DNA of 64,000 nucleotides from the sequence record PV340856.1; one strand, written 5' to 3'. Shown piece after piece: positions 45,847 through 55,486 of this stretch. Positions within the stretch are counted from its first letter, which is position 1. Each line of letters starts with the position of its first letter. The notes beneath the pieces are model-generated. The model was not told where the DNA came from. It made no database searches and saw only the letters and a program-made list of their open reading frames with translations. Both the position numbers and the translations under genes were made by a program.

Positions 45847-46353
45847 TCAGTCGATAACAGTGATTTCCGTAACGAATTGTCCTGTAGCAACAGTACCAGC
45901 ACCACCAGCAGTCAATGACATTGTGTGAGCATTATCAATCGTACCTGCTAGTGATCCAGCAGTACCTGCTGTGTAAGCAGTAACATTAGAGAAATTTGGT
46001 GTATCTCCTGTTGTTACAGCAGCAGAAGGAACAGCATCACCTTGACTGTATGTAGCAGAGAAGGAGAAAGCATCACCATCTGTTGCCTGTGTTGCTGTGA
46101 TAGTGGATGTAGCAGCAGTAAAACCATCACTGGTCATACCGATAGCATTACCTACAGTTCCAGAAGTGGTGCCGTCAGTCGTATTTACACCAGTGCCAGA
46201 GATGGACATCGAATGTCCAATTCTTGTAGCAGTTGAACGAGCAGCATCAACAGTAAGTTGAACACTGGATGCGTGCTTAGTAACGAGTCCGCCAGCATTT
46301 GCTGTTGCAGCGGTCATCAGTAACATTCCAAAAGCAATTATTGCTTTTTTCAT
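45847..46353 (-). CDS. Secreted Ser/Thr/Ala-rich protein
   Basis: Signal peptide MKKAIIAFGMLLMTAATANA; late box at 46381-46387. Confidence 0.7.
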   Translation of the reverse strand: MKKAIIAFGMLLMTAATANAGGLVTKHASSVQLTVDAARSTATRIGHSMSISGTGVNTTDGTTSGTVGNAIGMTSDGFTAATSTITATQATDGDAFSFSATYSQGDAVPSAAVTTGDTPNFSNVTAYTAGTAGSLAGTIDNAHTMSLTAGGAGTVATGQFVTEITVID

Positions 46354-46398
46354 TGTTGGTCATAGGATTATGAACAGCTGTATTTAGTGAATTTTAAA

Positions 46399-46989
46399 TT
46401 AGAAATATCTTAGTGTATATGTAGATGTGTCGATCTCCACTCTTGATACTCTTTGTCCATCACTTTCTCTGTTAGTCGTGATGATTTGTTGTCCTGCAGA
46501 AGCTTTGAAATTATTAAATGTTTGAGTTGCTGTTGGATTATAAAAACCGTATCCTGGAATGTTGCCAGTTTCTGCTTCTTTGAGTGGAGTTCCTCCCTGG
46601 AATCCATCAGCGGTTATGATAACTGGATCCGTGCCAACTTGATCGTACCAAGTTCCTCTTAGATCTAATACAATTCTAGGAGAATTATTACCAGGAGCGG
46701 ATAAAATTGCAGGCACATCAATCAAAATGGATTCATATCCATCATCTGTGGATAGTGTGTTATCTCCACCCCATTCCATATATGTAACTGTTTGATCATT
46801 ATTTTGAATCTTAGTGCCTTTTCTTGCACCAACAGATCCGATTAAGTTTGGTTCGATAAACTTCGCGATGATATCAAAGTCTTTTCCGTTTGTCCAATTC
46901 CAGTTGAATACTAAAAAATTGCAATAAAAAACTGCTGGATCAAATACCGTTCCTCGGGACTTGCCGATTCCAAATGCGAGTGGTGACAT
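46399..46989 (-). CDS. Hypothetical protein
   Basis: 196-aa ORF in minus-strand late block. Confidence 0.65.
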   Translation of the reverse strand: MSPLAFGIGKSRGTVFDPAVFYCNFLVFNWNWTNGKDFDIIAKFIEPNLIGSVGARKGTKIQNNDQTVTYMEWGGDNTLSTDDGYESILIDVPAILSAPGNNSPRIVLDLRGTWYDQVGTDPVIITADGFQGGTPLKEAETGNIPGYGFYNPTATQTFNNFKASAGQQIITTNRESDGQRVSRVEIDTSTYTLRYF

Positions 46990-46994
46990 ATTAA

Positions 46995-47648
46995 CTACTG
47001 TGGGATTATAAATGAACCTACCATATTACTATGGATGGTGCATATGTATTGATAATTTGGTGGGGCATTATGTGGGATTATGAATACTTGAGTTCCCTGT
47101 TGAGATCCACTTACATAGGTTCCAACACCAGTTGACGTTCCAGTGAATTGAATACGGAATGGATGGGAGCCTCCAGTTGAGTTCTCAAAAATATATGTAA
47201 ATCCTCTCTGTAAATATAGAGTTGGATTGTCTACTGTGTTTAGGATCCCAGGTCCAGCAAAGCGATAAGAGCTGGAACCATTTGCAGTAATATAATATTT
47301 AATTGCGAAAGAACGATCCGTTCCATTTCCAGTAGTGAGATCGGTTACGAAACTTCCAGCGGTACAGATACCAGAAACATCCAGTGTAGTTGCTGTTAGG
47401 TTTGCAGGTACTCCTCCACCACCAAGACCAACTCCATAGTTGGTAATATTTGTGGTGGAGATGCCTGTAATATTTGTACCATTGCCAGCAAAAGATGTAG
47501 CAGTAACTACACCAGTCACGGATGTGTTGGTTGTGATTGCAACCTGACCCGTAGCACTCAACCTTAAATCAGCGGTGCCACCAAAAGTTGAAGTGTTTCC
47601 TGTTCCAACAATTCCAAATGATTTTACTCCAAAAGATTTAGATCCCAT
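46995..47648 (-). CDS. Fibre-like protein with cupredoxin-like C-terminal motif
   Basis: GVVTATSFAGNG fibre repeat; HPF..YICTIHSNM. Confidence 0.6.
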   Translation of the reverse strand: MGSKSFGVKSFGIVGTGNTSTFGGTADLRLSATGQVAITTNTSVTGVVTATSFAGNGTNITGISTTNITNYGVGLGGGGVPANLTATTLDVSGICTAGSFVTDLTTGNGTDRSFAIKYYITANGSSSYRFAGPGILNTVDNPTLYLQRGFTYIFENSTGGSHPFRIQFTGTSTGVGTYVSGSQQGTQVFIIPHNAPPNYQYICTIHSNMVGSFIIPQ

Positions 47649-47675
47649 TTTTGGTTACACTCTTTGTACTATTTA

Positions 47676-49892
47676 TTATTCCAACCCGAGGGTTAGTTCT
47701 GGGTTTTTTGGTTCTGTAGGAGATCCAGTAGGAGCATCCCAAATAACAACTGGTCCATTTTCACCATCGGCCCAGGAAGTTTGTGTTGAATAAACATCTT
47801 CCCATGCAAAATCTGTTGCAGATAGACTATCCACATCTAGACCATAATAAAATCTAGCTGGATTTGCATTCCCACATTGATTTTTCAACCAGTTTTTGAT
47901 ATCTCTCCAATCCCATTCTCTATTATATTGTAGTTTAGTGGTAATCCATCCAGCAGCAGTTGGACATGCAGAACTGGTTCCACTAAAGTCTTCGTCATAT
48001 GCAACTTTTGTTAATCCAACATAGGTTTCTGGATGTTCATATGGACCTCCAGAATAATCACTGTCAGCTTCGTTCTGACCTTCTGCACTTAGAGTATCAT
48101 CTGCTGCTGCATAACAATCAACACCAGTTCCTTTATCGGAATAATTTACAATTCTTTCTTTATACTCTGTTACTTGTCCACCATATCCACCAGAACTAAT
48201 CTGATCATCTAGTGCGCCAACATTGATTGCTGGGAACTCGCAACCAACTGTTGATAGTCCTGCCTGAGTTTTTCCAATTGACTGTGGCCAACCTCTGCGG
48301 TTGAATGTATTATAACAAGTGAGACTGAATTCAGTATGCGTAGAACTAGCTAGTGATCCATTTTGAGATGTTGACCAGTAGTTATTGTAATCTGGATCAC
48401 CAGGGGACATTTGAGTTTGGTTTGAGTTTCCTGCAGCCATGACACAAATGACACCAGCTTGTTGCATTTCTGCACCTGCAGTGGTGGTAGAATTATCAAC
48501 CATTTCTCCTTTCATCCTACCACCGTCACCATAGGCACCCAGTTGATCAAAAAAGTCTGGTTGAGAAGCAGAACTATATGATGTTCCAGAAGTTTCTCCC
48601 GCAGTTCCTACAGGTCTGTACCAGTAGTATGCTGTGGTATTCCAACTGGTAGATCTATAACCCCAACTATTACTACTTAATGTTGGGTTTTTGCCATCTG
48701 TTCTTTGTTGATTTCCGTTATTTGCGGAGTGCCTATCGTAGTTTGGTTTATACAGATGGAATAGTTTTTGAACATCAAATTGACCTCCAGTGATTCCAGC
48801 AGATCCAGCTCCATAAGCATTAAGCACCCATCTATTGCAGTTGTATGCAACACCATAGTTCTTTCCAAATACTTGTCCAGCACATTCCGTACCATGGTTA
48901 GTGCTGTTTTCTGGTTTTGCAGTATTTGATCCGTTGCAATATCCTCTGGTATAACTTGCACTGATATCAGATACTGTTCCGATGGTAGAGAACCCAACAG
49001 ATCTATTAGCAGAATTAGACCACCAAGATCTAGCGGCAGATTCTTGTGGTACTGTTGTTCCATCCCATCTCTGAGTTAATCTACCAGCTGGATCTGCATT
49101 AAACCAGTCTGGATCAATATAGTAGGGTCCGTCTAGAACTAAATCTAAGACTCCACATGTGCCTGGAGTGCTGGAGATTCCACTCCAAGTTAGTGCATTT
49201 CCTGTTTGATATCCAACTGGATCTGTTCCTGGACAATGGACGAACTCTGGGTGACCTAACCAAAATCCCTCATCTGCAACAATTGCATCAACACCAGTAC
49301 CATCACCAAGTTGATAGATATCTTGACGAAGAATTTGATGATCTGCTCCTGATCTGGTTCCACCAGCAAATTCGGAACCAGTTGCATCCCAAGGATTATC
49401 AAATTGAGTATGTCTTAGGAGTTGATATCCAGTTCTATTGAGGTCAGTAGATCCTAGACTGGTTCTAGCAGTTGGTGGAGTAGATGGTGCAGTGTTCCAT
49501 GCTCTATAGTTTGATACTTGTTTTTGGAATCTAGGACTTCTTTTAACAGAAGTATTAATCATTTCTGGATCAGGTGCAAACGTGCCTGGGTAGGCATCAT
49601 AGTTTAGGTTTACATAATGCACACGGGGATCATTTCTTAAAGCATCTGCTTCTGCATCATCTAGGATATAAATTGCTCTTGTCTTACTATGCTCACAAGA
49701 ATTAACACACCCCACAGAACGAGATGGAATATTATCTTCCAATGTTCCATCTTGCATGAGAATATCATGGATATGATCCCAATCTTCTGGTTGATAACAC
49801 CCAACATAATATTGTTTTTCTCCTGTTCCTTCAGGAACAAAAGCTAGATTTGTTCTGTCTAGAATATTTTTGGGCTTATGTGTGTTAATCAT
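47676..49892 (-). CDS. Subtilisin-like (S8) serine peptidase
   Basis: AIVADEG (Asp), NHGTECAG (His), AAGNSN (oxyanion), FSGTSSACP (Ser). Confidence 0.85.
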   Translation of the reverse strand: MINTHKPKNILDRTNLAFVPEGTGEKQYYVGCYQPEDWDHIHDILMQDGTLEDNIPSRSVGCVNSCEHSKTRAIYILDDAEADALRNDPRVHYVNLNYDAYPGTFAPDPEMINTSVKRSPRFQKQVSNYRAWNTAPSTPPTARTSLGSTDLNRTGYQLLRHTQFDNPWDATGSEFAGGTRSGADHQILRQDIYQLGDGTGVDAIVADEGFWLGHPEFVHCPGTDPVGYQTGNALTWSGISSTPGTCGVLDLVLDGPYYIDPDWFNADPAGRLTQRWDGTTVPQESAARSWWSNSANRSVGFSTIGTVSDISASYTRGYCNGSNTAKPENSTNHGTECAGQVFGKNYGVAYNCNRWVLNAYGAGSAGITGGQFDVQKLFHLYKPNYDRHSANNGNQQRTDGKNPTLSSNSWGYRSTSWNTTAYYWYRPVGTAGETSGTSYSSASQPDFFDQLGAYGDGGRMKGEMVDNSTTTAGAEMQQAGVICVMAAGNSNQTQMSPGDPDYNNYWSTSQNGSLASSTHTEFSLTCYNTFNRRGWPQSIGKTQAGLSTVGCEFPAINVGALDDQISSGGYGGQVTEYKERIVNYSDKGTGVDCYAAADDTLSAEGQNEADSDYSGGPYEHPETYVGLTKVAYDEDFSGTSSACPTAAGWITTKLQYNREWDWRDIKNWLKNQCGNANPARFYYGLDVDSLSATDFAWEDVYSTQTSWADGENGPVVIWDAPTGSPTEPKNPELTLGLE

Positions 49893-49895
49893 TTA

Positions 49896-52712
49896 TCAGA
49901 TATCTCTCAGTAGATTTTTGGTGAAACGACATGTTGTGGTTCCAGAAATACCTTGTTCTGGTGTTATAGAAACTACGATATTTCCTGCGTTGTATGATGC
50001 AGATACAGATACAATTTGAACAGGAGAATACATGATTCCATACTCTTGATAATATGTAGTTGTGGTTATTCCTGCTCCACCACCATCATGCATAATCATG
50101 AATTTCTGCATTTGCCTGTACGTTCCAACTCCAACGGTTAGTGTGTACTCACCACTAGAGTAGGTGGAAGCAGACCAAGTATCGATGGTTTGTGGTGTAG
50201 CAGCGATTGCAGTAAAGGTTGTGACTCCTGCAGCGATACCAGTAGCAGTTACCGTAACAACACCTGCAGATACAGGAGTTACTGTAAGTTCTCCATCAAA
50301 GTTAATTGTTCCTGCAGTGCCAACTGGAGTTCCAGAATCTTGAATAATGACACCAGATCCAGAACCAACAACACCTGTCAGACCAGATCCATCGCCATAG
50401 AATCCATTGGCAGTGATGATACCTGTTGTGTTAATACTACCGTCCGTTCCAATACCACCACTACCACCAGGAAGATTGGTCAATGCAGATCCATCACCAA
50501 CGAATGCGTTCGCTGTTATGGTCTGACTAGAAGTTACGTTTGCTACAGTCAGTGTATTTGTGCCAGGATTGAATTGTATACCTCCATTATCAACCATTAC
50601 TGCACGGTATGCAGAACCAGCTCCACTTTCGCCAAGCATCATAACATTGTATGAATTATTATCATCAACAGACTCGTCGATGTAAAAATCGCCAGAGAAT
50701 CCAGCAGCAGTAATAATACCTGTAGTATTGATACTGTCGTTAGGTCCAACACCACTTCCACCACTAACACCAGTCAGACCAGATCCATCACCAACGAATG
50801 ATGTTGCAGTTACAACACCTGTTACATTGATGCCAGATCCAGTTACTTGGAGTTTTGTTTGTCCAGAATTTTGTAAGATTAATTCACTAGAATTAATGAA
50901 TAGAGATCCAGCTCCACTTTCATTGATGTAACTTTGATTTCCATCATGCCAGATCTGGAGATCACTTGCAGCACCAAGTCCTAGTCTAACGTTATCTGCG
51001 TTTTGTGTGCCGATTCCAGTAGCAGTTGTCCAGATAGATCCATTGTATTTCAGGATATCATTGATCTGTGCTCCAGAGGATATAACATCAGTTAGATCAT
51101 TCAATGTGGTTGCTCCACCACCGCCACCACCAACTACATCGGTGATTTCAATGGTTGCAACTCCATTTGAATAGGTTGCAGTAACACCAGAACCAACGAA
51201 GTTAATGGTTGCAGCAGTTCCAACAGTGCTTCCTTCTTCTTGGATTGCGACACCAGATCCTTCTGCGGTGACTCCTGTTAGGTTAGATCCATCACCATAG
51301 AATGTACTTGCGGTAATGATGCCAGCAGTGAAATTATCTGTTCCAACACCGATACTTCCGTCTATGTTTCTATTAACAAGTTCAGCCCATCCTCCTGCAT
51401 GAGCATAATATGCCTTTCCAGTGTCATGGGTATGAACAAATGCACCATGGTAATCAACAGGACTTGGTAGATTTCTATATTCCGCATAGAGGAATGGTAA
51501 GATATTGGTTGTTGCAGTACCTACAATTCTTCCTTTCAGTCTGAAGTTGCCCAGAACACTAAGAGCTTCTTCTGCATTAGTTGTTCCAATACCTACATTG
51601 GATGTTGTGGTAATACCTGTTGGACCAGATCTCCAGATAGAACTGCTTGATGGTAGGTTAAACAGACCAGAAGCATCACCATAGAATGTGGATGCTGTTA
51701 AGATGCCAGTGGTCTGATAATTACCATGAATATCTTCTACAAGTAATCTTCTCCAACCATTATACCCGCCGTTAGTAGTACCGTAAGAAACGTATGCTTG
51801 TTTTGAGTTATTTGCATAAGCAAACATACCTCTCCAAGACACTGCACTAGGCATGTCAGTGGTAGAGTCAAAGTCAAATCTCATCTTGCTTCCTTGACCT
51901 GGGAAGGTAACAATACCTGCGCCAGAGTTGATGTTATCAACTAGGATAGAAGGGGTCCCAGAGAGGTTCTGTGCGACTGTTGCGATGCCTGCGGTATGTG
52001 CATATCCAGCAACTGTTGAGAATCCTGCATTGCCAGTGTATGTTGATACACCAGCGATCTTTGCATACTCAGAAACACCCGCATTGGTTGCAACACCCGA
52101 TGCAGAAGAGTAAGTAACAATTCCTGCAGAAGTTGCGTAAGTTGCGACTCCTGCTATTGTAGCATACGAAGAAACTCCCGCAAGAGGGGAATAATCTGTA
52201 ACAGACGAATATCCTGCAGTTGGTGTGTACGATGACACACCCGATACATTTGCATAGGAGACGTAATCCGATGCATCAATTGTAACGCTACCACCAAATA
52301 CGCTTCCTACGTCTAATCTATCACCAAAGTTTACGGTTTGTGCAACACCAAGAGTTGCGCCACTATTTTGAATAACAATTCCTGATCCAGTAGCAGTAAC
52401 TCCAGTTAGTCCAGATCCATCTCCAATAAAGGTTCCTGTTGTGATACCTGCAAGTAATACGTTCCCCTCAACATGTAGTTGACTCTGAGGCAAGGTTGTA
52501 CCAATGCCAACGTACTTACTGGTACTGATGCCATATGTGCTCGCTTTACTCCATGTACCCGCAGAACCTGCATTAGAAGATAGCTCTGTACCGTCACCAA
52601 ATTGAGTATAGATCTCTTCAAAGTTGGCGTTAATCTTTACAGCACCAGATGCGAGGGAGTCTCCCAGACCATCATTCGGCGTAAATCCAGTGAAAATCCC
52701 CTGTCTAGCCAT
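49896..52712 (-). CDS. Modular tail-fibre / baseplate-associated structural protein
   Basis: N-terminal NDGLGDSL..KINANFEEIY (gp9/gp10-like), about six (F/Y)xGDGSxL repeats, 9-aa AGxxxYxxx repeats. Confidence 0.75.
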   Translation of the reverse strand: MARQGIFTGFTPNDGLGDSLASGAVKINANFEEIYTQFGDGTELSSNAGSAGTWSKASTYGISTSKYVGIGTTLPQSQLHVEGNVLLAGITTGTFIGDGSGLTGVTATGSGIVIQNSGATLGVAQTVNFGDRLDVGSVFGGSVTIDASDYVSYANVSGVSSYTPTAGYSSVTDYSPLAGVSSYATIAGVATYATSAGIVTYSSASGVATNAGVSEYAKIAGVSTYTGNAGFSTVAGYAHTAGIATVAQNLSGTPSILVDNINSGAGIVTFPGQGSKMRFDFDSTTDMPSAVSWRGMFAYANNSKQAYVSYGTTNGGYNGWRRLLVEDIHGNYQTTGILTASTFYGDASGLFNLPSSSSIWRSGPTGITTTSNVGIGTTNAEEALSVLGNFRLKGRIVGTATTNILPFLYAEYRNLPSPVDYHGAFVHTHDTGKAYYAHAGGWAELVNRNIDGSIGVGTDNFTAGIITASTFYGDGSNLTGVTAEGSGVAIQEEGSTVGTAATINFVGSGVTATYSNGVATIEITDVVGGGGGGATTLNDLTDVISSGAQINDILKYNGSIWTTATGIGTQNADNVRLGLGAASDLQIWHDGNQSYINESGAGSLFINSSELILQNSGQTKLQVTGSGINVTGVVTATSFVGDGSGLTGVSGGSGVGPNDSINTTGIITAAGFSGDFYIDESVDDNNSYNVMMLGESGAGSAYRAVMVDNGGIQFNPGTNTLTVANVTSSQTITANAFVGDGSALTNLPGGSGGIGTDGSINTTGIITANGFYGDGSGLTGVVGSGSGVIIQDSGTPVGTAGTINFDGELTVTPVSAGVVTVTATGIAAGVTTFTAIAATPQTIDTWSASTYSSGEYTLTVGVGTYRQMQKFMIMHDGGGAGITTTTYYQEYGIMYSPVQIVSVSASYNAGNIVVSITPEQGISGTTTCRFTKNLLRDI

Positions 52713-52796
52713 TTATTTCCTTATGATAAGGTCCATTTCTTCTATTTATTGATCTAATAAATATCAGTATACGGCAAAATCTTTCCCTTTTATACT

Positions 52797-53531
52797 ATGA
52801 CTAAAAAAGTCACTAGACATAGAGAAGAATACGAACAACTCAAATCCCAACTTCGAGAATACTATTGGGATAATTATATCTCTTGGCTGGAAAATTTGCA
52901 AGAGGAGGGATATGATGTTAGCAAGTGGGAAACTGAAGAGATTATTGATACTTATATTAAGGAAAATAATCTTTGGAAATCTGCGGATACTATCCGAGAA
53001 TCTATTTTTGAAGCAAAAGAAAAGAAAGATAATTCATATCTAGAAACAGATATGAAAAAAAGAAAGAAGAATAATGAAAAAGCGATTGCGGACATGAAGA
53101 AAGTCAAGGATGACACTGTTCCTCGCTGGATGAGAGAAGATGTGCGTCGGAGACTTGAGGAAGCTCGCCGTGGTCCTGAAGATCCCAGCAAAGCAGAGAA
53201 GCGTGAGAAAGCAGAAAAGAGTTATGCTTCTGTCAAAAAGCGCCAGAAAGTTCTCGACAAGCATGAGAAGGATACGGGGAAAAAATTAGACATCAATAAG
53301 TCTGTCGAAGGTAAAAAGCATAAGATGAATCACCCTGGTTCTCGTCAGAAACCAAAGGTGAAAGGTGAAAAGGAAACTGAACTGCAACAGCATAACCGCA
53401 GAGTCAGTAAGCATAACGATAGACTTATCAAAAAAGGTCCTACCACGAAAGAGAAAGAGAAACAAGCAGGTTATGATGCTTATGAGAAAAAGACTAAATC
53501 AAAATATGGTAACAAATCTGTTTGGGATTGA
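52797..53531 (+). CDS. Highly charged late protein
   Basis: K/E/R-rich; ATAAATA at 52757. Confidence 0.65.
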   Translation: MTKKVTRHREEYEQLKSQLREYYWDNYISWLENLQEEGYDVSKWETEEIIDTYIKENNLWKSADTIRESIFEAKEKKDNSYLETDMKKRKKNNEKAIADMKKVKDDTVPRWMREDVRRRLEEARRGPEDPSKAEKREKAEKSYASVKKRQKVLDKHEKDTGKKLDINKSVEGKKHKMNHPGSRQKPKVKGEKETELQQHNRRVSKHNDRLIKKGPTTKEKEKQAGYDAYEKKTKSKYGNKSVWD

Positions 53532-53539
53532 TACTACTG

Positions 53540-54118
53540 ATGAAAAAGTGTAAGTCTGGATACTATTGGTGTTACACTGATAACAAGTGCAAAAAAATTC
53601 CGCTGGGATGGCACGTTGGACGTGGTGGAATTATTGAGAAAGACGAAGAGGAAAAGAATGGAAATAACAAGGATGGCTCTGGAAATGGGGATGGGGGGTC
53701 TGATGGGGGCTCTGATGGCGGAAGCGTCTCAGAAGAAGCAGTCTCTAAAGCTCAACAAAGATTCTTTGGAATGGTCCGTGCAGTCCAAAAAGGAAGAGCA
53801 AACATCGGAGGAGATGTAGCCAAAGCTGCTGCGTCGATGAAGAAGAAAGATGTGAAAGACTTTGCATCCACCAAACATAAAGATTTGCCAGAGAAGAAGA
53901 AAGTGGAAGAGGCGTATGACAATGCCGAAATGGCTAGTCGTCTCAAAAGATATGCTGATGAGAAGAAGGTTAATTATAAAAAAGACATGCGTATGAAGCA
54001 TGGAAAGAATTGGAAAGAGTTTTCTAAACAAGCAACGGAAGCTAAGAATAAACTGCGCCCTGGTGAAGTTAAGAAGTGGGATAAAGAAAAGAAAAAATGG
54101 GTATCGAATAGAGATTGA
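53540..54118 (+). CDS. Charged modular late protein
   Basis: CKSGYYWC module, EAVSKAQQRFFGMV, DFASTKHKDLPEK. Confidence 0.65.
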   Translation: MKKCKSGYYWCYTDNKCKKIPLGWHVGRGGIIEKDEEEKNGNNKDGSGNGDGGSDGGSDGGSVSEEAVSKAQQRFFGMVRAVQKGRANIGGDVAKAAASMKKKDVKDFASTKHKDLPEKKKVEEAYDNAEMASRLKRYADEKKVNYKKDMRMKHGKNWKEFSKQATEAKNKLRPGEVKKWDKEKKKWVSNRD

Positions 54119-54171
54119 CAAGGTGTTAAATCGCAGGTAGACTAACTCTGCCAGGGTTCAAAGGACACTAT
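54115..54171 (+). promoter_or_regulatory. Sigma70-type promoter with palindromic site at +1
   Basis: TTGACA-N17-TAGACT then ACTCTG-C-CAGGGT (54145-54157). Confidence 0.7.
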
Positions 54172-54196
54172 ATAACTTAGAGTTTTACTAATTCAT

Positions 54197-54706
54197 TTGA
54201 ATGGCAACTTTGAGAGAAAAGATGAGAGCGAAGGGGGAACTCCTCCTGGCTCATGCTCCTATCCTAACCCTTGGACTTACAATGGTAAGTACTTTGAGTC
54301 TGATGACATTGGCGACAGCTACGGCTTTGTCTACAGGATTACGAATCTCAGGAATGGAAAACAATACATCGGCAGGAAGTACTTCTGGCAGCATCGAAAG
54401 CCTAGAGGTAAATCTAGGAGAGTTAAAAGTGAGAGCGATTGGAAAAAATACTACGGAAGCTCTAACGAACTTAATGATGAACGCAGTGGAATTGGAAATA
54501 ATTCCTTCAAGAGAGAGATTTTATCAGTCCACTCCACCAAAGGTTTTGTAAACTACGAAGAGACCCGACAGTTGTTTCTAAATAACGTGCTGACAGAAGC
54601 ACTTGACAACGGTGAACCCGCCTATTACAATAGTAATGTTCTCAGTCGTTACTTCAGGAAGGATTACTTCAATGGAACACCTGACCATGGATCAGACTCT
54701 ACGTGA
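54197..54706 (+). CDS. GIY-YIG nuclease-family protein
   Basis: GFVYRITN..KQYIGRK..YYGSS..E; TTG start in track, no nearby in-frame ATG. Confidence 0.8.
   Translation: MNGNFERKDESEGGTPPGSCSYPNPWTYNGKYFESDDIGDSYGFVYRITNLRNGKQYIGRKYFWQHRKPRGKSRRVKSESDWKKYYGSSNELNDERSGIGNNSFKREILSVHSTKGFVNYEETRQLFLNNVLTEALDNGEPAYYNSNVLSRYFRKDYFNGTPDHGSDST
54201..54551 (+). CDS. Possible nested ORF (+1 frame) with N-terminal hydrophobic segment
   Basis: ATG 4 nt after the TTG; basic N-terminus then LLLAHAPILTLGLTMVSTLSLMTLATATAL. Confidence 0.35.
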   Translation: MATLREKMRAKGELLLAHAPILTLGLTMVSTLSLMTLATATALSTGLRISGMENNTSAGSTSGSIESLEVNLGELKVRAIGKNTTEALTNLMMNAVELEIIPSRERFYQSTPPKVL

Positions 54707-54818
54707 TGTGATTATTGATCGTTTGCATGAGTTGGTTAACGATGGTTGCCATGAAGATGCCATCGCTTTGTATGAAGAATACAAAGAGTCTTTTGAATGT
54801 ACTTCTTCTTCTAAATGA
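54687..54818 (+). CDS. Small hypothetical protein
   Basis: MDQTLRDVIIDRLHELVNDG..; ATGA overlap with the downstream lysozyme gene. Confidence 0.55.
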   Translation: MDQTLRDVIIDRLHELVNDGCHEDAIALYEEYKESFECTSSSK

Positions 54819-55399
54819 AAAAAATAATGATTATTTCTGGAATTGTATTGATTTCTGCTATCGCACAGTTTTCTGTAGATGCAGATCCACAGAAAGTACA
54901 AAAAATTGAAGTAGAACCATATCAACCCGAAGTAGCGCAAAAGTGGAAGTGCCCCGACTGTACTACTGAAGAACAATATGTCCTTAAACAACTCCAAGAG
55001 AAAACAAAAATCAAAGATCGCAATGCACTTGCAACAATCCTGGGAAACATTAAACAGGAGAGCAAGTTTATTTCCAACATATGCGAGGGAGGGGCTCGAG
55101 TTTCTTACGACGCTTGCCGTCGTGGGGGTTATGGTCTTATTCAATGGACAACCCTAGGACGCTATAATGGTCTTGGTAAGTTCTGTCAGAAGTATTCTTG
55201 TGATCCCAGTAGTTTGGAAGGTCAAACTCGCTGGATGATTAACGAACCTATCTTCCAGAAGTATCTTCCGATGTTTGAGGGCGGTGGACAAACTGTCCGT
55301 CAATATATGGTTCCTGCTTATTACTGGTTGGGGTGGGGAATTAAAGGCAATCGTGAACTTTATGCATATCAGTATACTAAAATGTTAAAATTGGGATAA
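54815..55399 (+). CDS. Phage tail-type lysozyme with N-terminal signal/anchor
   Basis: ILGNIKQES (catalytic Glu), GGYGLIQWT; MKKIMIISGIVLISAIA. Confidence 0.75.
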   Translation: MKKIMIISGIVLISAIAQFSVDADPQKVQKIEVEPYQPEVAQKWKCPDCTTEEQYVLKQLQEKTKIKDRNALATILGNIKQESKFISNICEGGARVSYDACRRGGYGLIQWTTLGRYNGLGKFCQKYSCDPSSLEGQTRWMINEPIFQKYLPMFEGGGQTVRQYMVPAYYWLGWGIKGNRELYAYQYTKMLKLG

Positions 55400-55486
55400 A
55401 TAGTGGGGGTGCTAAGAAAAACCGTAGAACACAAAACAAATTAACCCCTACATACGTTTAAATTTACAGCACTCTAATTTTTTCTT

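Noticed and set aside
49896-52712. Diversity-generating retroelement acting on the fibre
   Set aside because: No reverse transcriptase and no adenine-specific TR/VR pair seen in the window
55396-55486. Glutamine (glnA / downstream-peptide) riboswitch
   Set aside because: Hallmark CGTTC..CGGAAG..GAAGGAACG elements are not present
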